From the NCBI GenBank assembly GCA_036172245.1, contig JAYWIR010000037.1, forward strand, positions 1,736,001 to 1,800,000: a stretch of DNA of 64,000 nucleotides. Direction: 5' to 3'. Numbering within the stretch: position 1 is the first letter of the stretch; each line of letters opens with the position of its first letter. Below are positions 32,351 to 44,800 of the stretch, in pieces. The notes below the pieces were generated by a model. It ran no database searches and was not told the DNA's origin. It saw only the letters and a program-made list of their open reading frames with translations. The stretch is from Raillietiella orientalis. Its lineage: Eukaryota. Position numbers and translations under genes: made by a program.

Positions 32351-35300
32351 TCGAGTCTTTTCGAGGTTTCCCTCCGGTTGTGCAAATGTAGTCGTCGTCC
32401 CTCTCCCTCCCCTTGGGGGTAACTCCCTGCGTCTTGTAGCACGGAACTGGTGGGTTGATACCTCTCCAGAGCGTTCGTTAAGTGCGAAGATTTAGAATGA
32501 GGCTTACTCCCAAAGCACGGATGCCGGTCTCCAACAGATAAATTTGTAGGAAAAAAAAAAAAATGGACAAAAAAGAGTTCTTGAGGAGTTTTCCGTATAA
32601 TTCATTACATTTTACTTCAACTTTTTGTTCGTAGTTGATGAGACCCCATTATTTATTACCTTAAGGATCGGAAAAATTTCCCACTTGGGCTTCTTGAGTT
32701 CCGGTACGTTAAACTTGACGGGATTTAAAAGGAAGAGTCGACTGCAAGACTTGACCAAATACACACCACAATGATTTGAAAAGGAATAAAAAAAAAAAGG
32801 AAATGGCAACGCCACAAGGAGTTGCCCGAAAATGCATGTTGAGTCACACGACTCCAGTCAATGCTTTCTGCAGTTCTGGCTTTTGAGGGCGGTTCGGATG
32901 GTTTACACGCGGTGCTTTCTTACGAGATCGTCGCATGCTTCTGCAGATGCCTGAAAGGAAGCTTTCCCGGCTATCAGGGAGCAAAAAATTTCCTTCCATC
33001 CAGAAGTATAGATTTGGGAATTAACGTGAACGGAATCACCAGCTCGCATTGGTTAGTGGACAACGCTAGTCAGTTTGTACACAAGTCGGTCTACGATCCT
33101 TGTGAACTGAAATGCAGTTTTTCCAAATTTTGCTCCCCCGCTCCGATGGCAACCCTCTTCATATGAGACCGACTTCACATGAGACTTTCAAATGAGACGA
33201 TGAGAATGGCAGTGGATCGCCTCCGCGTCGACAGAGATCTTACGTGATACCGAGGTTTGGAAAAAGGCCCAGCTTGATATCCTCGTAGGTCTCAAGAGCA
33301 TCAATACTTCCGGATGGTGATCGGCTCGCCGACTTCAGTCGCTTATCTTATCCTTATCCTTATAATGCAAGTTCATATCCTTCTGATCTTTGGGGAAATC
33401 TTCTAGCAGAATCTTCGAGACAGCAGGAGGTTTCTTTCCCCACAAATTTAAAAGTATCGCCCGATAGCAATTTGGAATAGCGACACATTAATTTTTTGAA
33501 TCTACCACATCTGAATCCTTCCAAGCCTATGCACTAATAGATATGATGATGATTTGTCGTCGGTCCATGAAGAACAATATGCCTGTGATCGTGACATTCC
33601 TTTGGATGAATCATCTTTGCAAATCGAGGTAAACGAAAATATGAGCCATGACAAAGATAAATTCAGCTCCCTGGACGCACATCTACAATTATATGTAAAC
33701 AGGAGGATATGTAAGCATTCACTTGGATGCGTCATTTTTTTTTTTTTTTTGGACCAGAACTTTTTCACCCCCTGATGCCTCCGGTAAAGAAAGGTATCAC
33801 TGCCTCTGGTGAAGAACCATCAAATTGCCCAAATTATGGATATGTAAACAGCCAAAATTATGTATTGCACTCGAAGTCAAGTTCAACTTACATAAAGTTT
33901 GGAATTTGCAATCCTATCTAGGAAAGGAAATCCTAATCCTTTGCAGCGCCTTCACATTTCAGTCCATTCTTCCATTAGTCCATTTTCCTCGATTCATCCT
34001 ACGAACTTGGATATCCTCGGTTCCAGCTGTGGGCAGCGCCCCTGTCTCAACGGGCTGCAGGTTGCCCGTTGCCGCTATGAAGAGATGCGGAATTTTCGAT
34101 CCAGGAGGATAATTTCGTGGTCGCTGCTCTTCCTTCAGCCGCTATGCCAGCTCCACCTTCAGCCTTCGATCAGAATTCTTCCCGTCGCCTGGCTACGGAC
34201 TTACGGACAAAAGCTTGATGGTTGCCGATGACGCAGGGGTTGTTAGGAAGTCAGAGAAAGTCCTCTCCTTCAACCACGCTTTCAGAAATCAACTGCGCAC
34301 AACATCGCAGGCTGAACTCTTCTCCGCGATCCCGCTCATCGTAAAATCAAGAGGACAAACTCTGCCTATCCTTCTTCACCAGCATGATCTTGAATGGCTT
34401 GGGATGTCAGGCTTTCGTTTGAGCACACTCGCATTCATTTGAATGAGGTAGTGACCAGCTTCGTTGTTTACTGATGCTCCTTGTTGAGCTTCCTTTTTCG
34501 TAGGGAACCGCTTGCAAAAACAGTACGTACAGCAGGAGCATGTGCACGAAAGAAAGCGCAGGAAACCCATCTACTCGAACGGCACGGACTTTCGGTTTCT
34601 TTCACAGTCCGTTTCGTAAGAGGAAACGACCTCGCATTCTGAACCGCATTTCCATGTAGGTATGTGTGGAAGATTCGCAAAGATCGAGTTACAAACCCTT
34701 AACGACAGAAAATTATTGCTTCGGCTTGATATGGCGCGCGAGGACAACGCTCTGGTGACCACGTTGGGAAAATGCATGGCCTACATCTTTTGGGAATTCT
34801 CTGAAGCCTTTTTGCAAGAGATCTGGTGCTGAGGAGTTTCCCAGCTCTTCTCGTGGAAGAAGCAGGTGGTTCCGAGAATGCGTTTTCCTCCTCCTTATTC
34901 CTTCTTTTTCCCAACCGTCCGAAAAAGTCAACTCGCGGGGTCACTTATCGTAGTTCATTCACATTGAAAAGAGAAACATCGGTACACGTAGATTTTGCTA
35001 AACAACGAAATTTCTGGGAAATTCCGTCGTTCTCGTCGTTTCGCTCGCGGCAGTAACGGGAACCGGTGGTAGGGAAACATCGAAACAAGATTTTCCATCC
35101 GGCAGACGAGCAGGTGATACTCGTGATCACACCAATGGCCGCAGTCCCCCGCACAACGCAGGGGATACGTTCTGCGTTATACGAGTCCAATAGGTTATAC
35201 AGAGATGATAGGATACTGTTTATAAAAGGTACAAACTTGAATATCTTAAACGCTACGGTAGTAGAATATTATTTCATTCTGAAGCAAAAAGGAAAAATGG

Positions 35301-38300
35301 AAAGTGTTCATTTATTATTCAACATGAAGTGGAAAAAAAAAAAAAAAGAGAGCTGCTGGGGTTTCCGTAGATGCTGAATCCATTTAAGCAAGTTCAGCGT
35401 TTCTGCGCCATTTTTCTTGTTGTTGAAAGTGTACTTATTGAGCCGTCTCATCTACGGAAGTTTGAACGAAACCGGATTCAGCCTACTTGCTTGGGCAATC
35501 TTTTCGAAAGCAGTTGAGCTGACACCATGATAGAAAATGGAAATTCGCCCACAGAGTCACACGGACATGATTTACCGCATTATATGAGGACCGTCTCCAT
35601 TTTCCCGCCGCTTGGTACGAACCTGAGTTACGCGGGGATCCGGGGCACTCGAAAGAGCTGCTTATGAAAACGTTAGGGAACTCTTCTTTCGTTTTTCTCA
35701 CTTTCTAATGGAGAAACAACAGGCAATGTATGTGGACGAGTCTATCAACTTATCTACTCGGATGAAATGATCGCTTTGCAAAGATCACCTCAACAACGCG
35801 GTTCTACATGTAGACATTTACTGTGAACTCTTGAGGGAAGAACAGCCGAAGAGTCAGGAAAAGGGAAAAGAAAAGAATGAGGATAGCAGATTGCAGAAGT
35901 GCGCTAAGAATATTGCTTGAAGAAGAAGAAAAAAAAAAAAGGATCTCGTCTTCCATGCGCTAAGTTCTTCATTCCCTTCTCTCTTGTCCGGGCTGTTGGG
36001 AGCAACGGAGATTCAAAGCTTTCCTGGAGGCTGAGCAGAAGACAGATCAACAGGTAGAGGCATGCGTTGGAGTTCGTGAAAGGTTTCAATCCCAAATGGT
36101 CACACCTGGAAAGCTTCTGTTTAACGCCAGCTGAGAAACTGCACGGTGAAAAATCCCAACGGCAATTTGAATACCATGGAACAAACGACCCGTTTAAAAA
36201 CTAACCACAATGGATAATAATAAAGTTTTGAAGGGAGATGAAGGTGAAGACACAATATCGTTTCAAAGGGAAACGATGAATCCGGACTCTACATATCCGC
36301 CTTGTTTATGCTGAAATCGCTCAGGGCCGCCTTCTTCAGACACATCAAAACTTTGATGAGTATTTCCTCGTAATCTTCTGACTTCCCATAAGTGCATGCA
36401 AGCATCCGAGTAAAGACTTGTATAGATTATTTCAAGGAAACTGCAAGAGGAGTGTCGTAAACTGCTCTCCCAACAGAGGGGCATATTTCTTTTAAAAAGA
36501 AGTCGATTTGCAACTACTGCTTTGTCTCTGGTAAATAAATTCATAGATCTTGTAAAGCAAAGCATGAAAATCAGTAAACAGAGCTAAAAAGGAACGACCC
36601 TAGAAAAACATCACTTGAGCGGACTACGATCATGATGTCCACCGGTGATCATTTTCGTACTGAGGCGAACAGAGTTCTAATGGGAACCTGTCAAAACGCA
36701 TGAGAGGAACATCGTAGAAGAAAACAAGATGTATGTTTTGCTGTTTCGCTTGCCCATGTATGATGTCACCATTCGAAAAGAATGAAGGACAGTAAAACAC
36801 AATGTCTTCTAGGGTGCATATCCAAAAAGGCATCATTCATCAAGAAAGACAGCTTGCTTGCCCATAAAAATCATTGCTTTTAATTCGAAGAGAAGACATT
36901 TGTTGCTTTCGTGCTTTCTGCTTCGTTCCGATATCAGTAAAGCACCTCAAAGCAAGTGCTCAGACAAGATCTTCCCGAATGCAGCATCTTGACTTTAAGC
37001 TGTTCCGAAATTTACTGTGTGAAATACTAATGGAATAATAATGGAAGCGAATAGTTGAAAACGCGGTTTTCAAGTGAAATTTCTCACGGGCACTTTGCAC
37101 TCGGCGCACATCACATTTCTTATCGCAACCACAACAAAGTATATGGGGCTTCTTGAAGCACATTTGACGCGTCGCCATTTACCTGCCAAAGCTAACCTGC
37201 AGCCCGATGAACATACTGACCACTGGCAGGATTGCCTTCTTGTGCAGCTTCTTCCGTAAGCTAGCAGGATTCATCTGGGATCTCACTCGAGCAGAGTGGG
37301 TACTGATTAAGCCTTGTTTTCTCGTAACACACCCTTATCCATGGTAACCATCCTTGCTGGAACGAAGAGCGTTGCAAGAAAGGTACGCAGACCCAAGCCG
37401 TCTTTAAGCCGAAGGTCATTCTTGGAGGAGGTCACAAACATGCCTCATGCGTATTTTATCATTCGGCAATTTATTCCATCACGACGGTGGGACAATATAC
37501 TTCGGTTTTTGCTTTTGCTTTTGTTTTGTTTTTTCGTCGCGAATATCTTTCCTTTTTGCGTTTCGCATCTGATCGTTCTCAAAATTTCAGATGCACCTTT
37601 TGTTATTTCGAAACTGTTTTTCTTGAGAGAAAACGCATAGAAGGTTTTTCTAGAGTGCTTCGGCTTTTGTTTTGTATTCAGCTCACAAAGACGAAATCAG
37701 GCAAATTTGAAAACAAAACAATTTGAAGAAAAAAAAAAAAATTCTCTCAACTCTTGCCTCTTCCAATATTTGATTTATATAACACCTTTCTGGACCTCTT
37801 CAAGCTACACACGATTTTTAAAACCATCTTTGGTTATCAATATAACTTAAGTCTTCGATGATTTGCTAATTTTTGTTTTTAGTCTTGGCTTCAACATAAA
37901 TACAGCGCTATTTTCTCATTGGCTAAGGATAATGAAAAACGAAAGTGTATTTAAAGGAAATATCCTTTAAACCAGTAGGACCAAACAGCATCACATCAGA
38001 AGAATTTTTCAAGACGTTGTTCATGATTCCAAGCTCATCGTTCGAGTCCATTGCTGAGTGCGCTGATCTGTACACACTGCAAAGTGTACACACTCTGCGT
38101 GGCGAAACTGCGCTACTTTGCAGAAGGTCAGCATTATGGCACACACACACACATCTGCGGTTCTTGTTGCAAAAGTGTTTTTTTGAATTTACCGAACTTC
38201 CACCCTTAGCTTCACATTCGAGATTCTTTTCTTAAACTTGTTTCCGTTAGATTATGGTTATGTACGGACTTAAGTACGATACACGTTGAAATAAGAGTTG

Positions 38301-41300
38301 ATTTTCTCTTTCCAAAGAAACCTGGAGACTTGAAATGGGATCCTGGTGTTGACAAGAGTTTCGCTTGTAATAATTGTTCTTAGTAATAAAGATCATTGAA
38401 ATGAACAGAAAATGGTTCTAAAACCTTATTACTCGGGCGGTGATTTGCTGAAAAAACAGCGAACACCCAGACGACTGTTCATAATCCGAGAAGGAAACCG
38501 AACTTTGCTAATACATTGATGCCGATGGATGCAGTCAGAGGAAAAGTAATCAATGAAAAAATTTGCAACGTTTCCGTTCGACAAGGAATTTAAAGATAAT
38601 TTGCAAGAACAGACACAGCTAGCAGATAAACAGACAGTGCCTAATGTGGTGAAAATACGGCACTTGTGGACAGCAAAAGTTTTTCATCTGGTACTGATGC
38701 TGCAAACCCTGAGTAATTAAAAAAAGTCGATAGAACTTGTGTGCTTTTGAAAACTTCAGCCTTGATTTTCTAGTTTACGCTTGTATGATTGCACAGCCAC
38801 CGAATTTTCGGGAGCTTGCAGCCCTCGAGCTTTGTTAAACGAAACCTGGATTCTCTAACAGCTCAAATCATTAAAATTCTTCTTGAACATAAACTAATAT
38901 GAGATTCCCAATAGAATAAACTAAAGTGGTGGAGACTAAGATGCTGACGGTACAGTGCTTTTGCAGACTACTCAACTGCTCGTGTAATCTAGAAAAACTG
39001 CCCGAATCAAAAACTGTTTATTCATGAAGCTATGTATGAAACATTCCTGAAGTTCAAAACCCAAAATCTGAAGTCCTGAAGCATGGATGACGCTTTTATG
39101 CTCCTTCTTTCGATTTTTAGGAAAATATTTACGATATCAAATCCAATTCTTCATCAGCCCACAAGTCCCCAGATTAATGTTGACAGAGATGACTCTTCCA
39201 TGGTTTGCCTGAAACCTTATATTCGTCTCTCTTCTCCATATTATGTTCCTTCCGTAAGTTAGTTTTTGTTACATCAGAAGCATTGCTTTTGATGTATTTC
39301 TTTTCCCATTCAAGTCGACGGTCTTTCGGTGGACCGAGTTATGCGATTGGAGACAATATTCATCATCCTTTGAACGCGGGCTTAGGATCTAAAGCTATTT
39401 GCGAGTTTCAAACCCATAGCATTTGACTGGAAACTTTCTTGTTGAGTTTCTACATTTTATTGCGGATTTACAATTAGAATTTCTTTCCTTTTATGCAATT
39501 CATTCCTTCCATTCCATTCCATTCATTCAAGCTGAACCTCAGAAGCTGAACTCACCCAACGTCCCGCTTCCTTTGCTTCGCACACTGCAAGTTAGAAACA
39601 CCACTTTCATTTCCACAACTGACTTCCACAGTCTTCTTGATTTCTTCCTTCATGACTCGCACACAAAATCTTACTGATGCCAAACTTCACCATATGTGAA
39701 AGATGACCCCTTCTCGTTTTTGCTCAGTGGAACTAGTACATACGTCGACATTGCAAAGAAAAATAAATTAAAAGCCCTCTAACACCAGTGAAAGACATTC
39801 GGGTGCAAATCGTTTTGTACATAGGTATTCAATAACTGACACACAACTGATGAAATTCTTTTCTGGAGACTTCTAATAGAAAAATTCGTGAGTTTCCTTG
39901 CATTGCTCCCAGTTTCATGCATGTTCCTTCTCTTGATGGAGCGCACTTTTACCTTTCCACCCTTCTCCATACATATTGTTTCACCCTTTTCCTATAATTC
40001 CCTGGATTGCATGTGAATATTTCTAATTGCTTTTGCTGTATATTCCGGTAACCGATCAATCACTCCCGAAATTTCTAATCGAATCTACCCAATATAGCGG
40101 ATACCATAATTATCGGGGGCACACTTCGTAGTTTTTATTTAGCCCCTACAACTGAATGAACACCTCATGTTCCTGAGTGATGACCTCTGCTGAAGGAATA
40201 CACCGAACCAAATGATTTAAACCTTCGTTTTCCGAACATGCCGACTGATAAAGTGCATTGGACGTTACCAGATGCAAATTCCAATCATTCCTGCGGCTTC
40301 CTAGGTACTAATGAAAGTGCAACTTCCTTGGTTCCCTCTAAGGAACTTCACGATTTGGAGTTTAAGAAATGCCTTAAGTACGATTACCAAACAAACGGAA
40401 ATAACTTCACAGAACTTTTTCATTATAACTCCCAAACGACAAACACAATTAAGCGCATAATACACTCAGAAGCAGTTCCATGGGACACAACGTGGCATGC
40501 TACCTTGATGGAATTTTCTAACTCTCCATTCAGATGCAACAGGAAAGTTGAAATGATATAACGTGAACTTCAGCTGATCTTGCAGAACGACTTCGTAATA
40601 TCATGAGTAAATGAAATTTGTACAGATTCAAAATGAACAGTTATTTTCGAGATTGCTGACTCTCTTCAGAGGACGGCGAAAAACTCGTACCAAAGGCACA
40701 TGCAATTAAAACCTTTTATTTGATTATCGCACTATTACATTTAATATTTCACCGTTGCACATCCTTCATCACAAGTACTAAAACAGTTTAAAAATTGGGC
40801 GGAATATCAAAGTCCTAAACAAAACTTATGAAGCTTTCAGAAAAGATTGTCACTAGTCTGTTATTTGATCTGACATCCTTGACAGTTAACTGGTATCCAG
40901 GACTGCAATTATATCTAACATGATCCCAAAATGGAAACTCATCTTTAAACGAATCACCTAGACGCTTCCAAATTATGAGCACACATGTTGAAAATATAAT
41001 CAATCATGGGCAGGGTTAGAATAATGATACTCTCACAAAGGGGTACTTTTGAAAACTCACGAAAAAGGTTGCTTGTGTATCGCTTCTTATATAGCAAAAC
41101 TTTTAAATCCCGAGTCGAACGCATAGCAGTCAAACAAATCAAGAAATTGAATTTACCAAAGGTTGACTCTTGCCTGTTTTCTCCATAAAAGGTCTAATAC
41201 ATAGTAATAAACTCACTGACAACGATTTTAACTAGTGGACTCGCACTTTCGGGGGAGAAATATTTTGCCATCAGAATAAAATAAATACAGAATGGCAATA

Positions 41301-41715
41301 AAGCACAAAAGGGAATCTTTGAATAAATGTGTTAAATCCCTTACATTATATTGGAAAGCAAAGGCAAACAGCGGTGTTCTTGAAGTACCTTATCTTTATT
41401 TTGTTTTTTCTGCAGCAAATACATATAAGCTCAGCTAATCTTACCATTACATGATATCATCAGTTCAAGTTTAACTTTGGCACATATGATGATGTCCGTC
41501 GAATGTAAGCATTATCATATTTTATATAGTTCTCACAAACTTGTTTATCACAGACTTCGGAGGAATGTTGACATAACATTAAGAAAATATGTTGGGGATG
41601 ACCCTTCATAAAAATAGTTAATGGGGATTTTGTTAAGTGTTAATCTGAAGGAGAAAATATCTGGCAACGGAATGAACTGATGAACAGTAATCAGATCCAC
41701 AAAGACGAAACAGTA

Positions 41716-41871
41716 TTACAGATGGTACCACTTTTTATCCTTATACTTCATCAACAGTTGATGACTGTTACTAGCAAAATCTTCTGCTTGTCCCATCAGT
41801 CGAGAGGTTCGTTCTTCCAGCTGACCGAGTCGCTCTCCACGTTCAATCAACAAATTGCGAGTACGTGAGAT
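41716..41871 (-). CDS. STXBP5: tomosyn last coding exon (R-SNARE motif)
   Basis: ISRTRNLLIERGERLGQLEERT...KYKDKKWYHL*. Confidence 0.96.
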   Translation of the reverse strand: MSRTRNLLIERGERLGQLEERTSRLMGQAEDFASNSHQLLMKYKDKKWYHL

Positions 41872-44800
41872 CTAGAAATGATTTGTTTTCTTTAAAAAAA
41901 ATTTTTCTTCCAAACCTCGCTAGCAGCATTGGTTGACTTTGCTTCCAGCTGTTCCAAGCTACTGTTCGGACCTGGAATACGTTTTGCAAGAATTTTGGAA
42001 GCTTTGCCACTCTTTTGTTCTCCAACTTTGGAAAGCACACAAGTCGATGTATATTATGTAAACAATACATACATAACTCTTCACGGTCCAAAGGTTTGTT
42101 GCTAACTGCATTAAAAAAACTTTTAATAATATTTTCTCTTGGAGCATCTGGAGTTTTCTTAGGTATGTACAATAACCCTACTGTATCAGCGAGATTCAGA
42201 CTGAAACTACAATTTAAGCAGAAATAATACAACACCACTAGTTACCTAACATCTGCATTAACAGTGAATCTTTGAATCTCGGATGGAGAGCACAGATACA
42301 AGCCATGACCATGATTGCTGAAGCAAAACGTGCGGGAAATCCTAAAAGTAAATTTACAGTTTAGTAAAATTTTTAGGACACAATTGAGCACTAAATATCA
42401 TTTAAAACTCTTTACTGTTCAGCATCTTCATGAACAAACATCTGCTGTCCCCAGATAGAAAGCATTGGGTCAGCAGGACCTTCTTTGTGCGAAGTCTGAA
42501 AACTACAGGATTGCAAGATTAGCTACAAAAATCTAATAAAGAACGCACACTCATCAGTCATCTACCATTCATTCCCTTCTCAATTAAAGTCGAAAAGGAT
42601 GAATAATCAGATCGTCGACTAGCAAATGAAACTTATCTAATCATGGCTCACCTGAGATTTGAGAGAGGCAAAAACAGCTCATTAAACAGCAGCCGTAAAC
42701 TGGGAAGACTGTAGCACATCAAATGGCCATTTGATAAATAACAAAGTAAGCAGACACTATCTACAAGGCCCATGTTATACAAATTATGATTTGATACTAC
42801 ACATACCTTTAATTGAAACAGTATCTGCTTTGACAATAAAACAGTCTTTGTCAGCAATTTGTTGTTTGTAGACACAGAGCTGAGATGGCAGTGCAAGAAC
42901 ACAAGCCTGTTTATCAGAAACCAGGACAGCAAACTGGCGACAGTCAATCATGGGAGAAGAGTCAGTACTAGATAATGCACCCCTACTGCCTGATCCTAAC
43001 ACAACACATACTAGAATGCACATCCCAAACAAATTAATTTACTTTTTTCTTTATCCTCTGCTTTTGATTCTTTCCAGGACTCAAATGGCACAGGAATCAA
43101 AGCATTGTTGCAATCTAGAAAGGACATTTCCATGATGGTCCCCCTAAGACGATAGATGATGCCTAAATCACAATGACAGTTTCACAAACAGCACAGCTGT
43201 TCCCAAACAAACCACTTGATTGTGGCTGGACAGGCTGCATGATCTGCTGATCCACATCAAGAGATAAAGAAAAACTGATTATGATAACTGATCCAAAACT
43301 AGTTCCAATCCACAAAGTTGGAGTAGTTGAAGAATCTAAAAAAACGAGAAATTTATGACATCATTTAAACTAAATGAACTTCTTTTCTTTCAATGTGATC
43401 TTCAATATAATCTATAAAATAAGGGGACGCTGATTTTTTTTTTGTAAACGACTTTTATGTTTAATATAACAGAAGATCTTAAAACTACAAAGCAAAAGTA
43501 CACAAAAAAATTCACATAATAACAATAAGAATTTTAATATGCATACTGAAACTGAAAATTCCTAATATGAATTATATTATGAGAGAAAATTCTATTATCA
43601 CCATTCAATTAAATCAATCTGAAAAATGTAAAAATGCACAATACACTTTACACATGCACTCTGTTTAAATAAATTGCTATCATACAAGGATAATTAAACT
43701 GGCCAAACCTTCCTTTTTAGTGTAAGAATCAATGAACGCAAGGCAGGTAATGCTCTCCATGTTTACATTCTCCAAACTAGAAAAACTTGAACTGCGAGAA
43801 TGAGATATTGCTGAATCTGACTTATCTATGGTGCAGAAAATTAATGAAAAATATGCAAAGCAAATGGAAAATATGATTAATCACTCATGAAAACTCATGC
43901 TTCCTCATGCTTAAAATAAGAAAAAAAATTACACACAAAATGCAAAGGTTTCTTGCATGTATCATGCTTCATTTAAATCAGCAGTTTGTGGAACAAAAAA
44001 ACATTCTCATAGAAACAATAAATATCATTATGGCAAGAAATGCTAATTTACATCCAAAATTTTGTTTCGTGAACATTCTTTGAAATATACTCCACTTAAA
44101 ACTGAAAGCTAGGATGCATAGAATGCATATTTTAATTTTATAGCAGATTTATAATTCCACGCGTATATGGGATTAATCATTCAAAATATATAAAATCAAA
44201 TAAAAACAAATCTGCATGATTGCATGAACTACATAATAATTAAAACTAAAAGTAAAGAAAATATGAATCTAATTGATTTCAGTGAGCAAGTTCCTATCAA
44301 TTACAAATTTAATAAATGCCATAACACATAAAACACTTTTGCACTAATCTTATTGATAAAACCAAATTGCAACCAAATTTAAATCGGAAAATTGTAATAT
44401 GCTCAACATAAGCTCATGGTTGGAAAAAACATCAAAACTTGGACTGTATGGAAAGCTTGCAACATGCAATAAAGACCATATAATTCATATGAGCGGAGCA
44501 GAAGCAGAACACGAAAAACAATCGCAAATATGGTACCCCAAAAAGCCCTGTAAGATCTGGTCAAATGTGACGAGCATGCTCGGCTACTTCCAGCATTAAT
44601 GCCAAAATTGTCTCTATCTCCAACAGATGTCCAGTTACCCCATGGACAATTACTCATAGTATATGGTGGAGTAACAGGTAAGGAAGGTGGAGATGCAGGA
44701 AGCTCAATGGTTTCATAACTAGGAATCGCTATACTGGCACATTTTTTAAGTCGATTTGTTGCAACCCCAGCTTGTGGGCGGGAACGATTTGCTAGCATAC

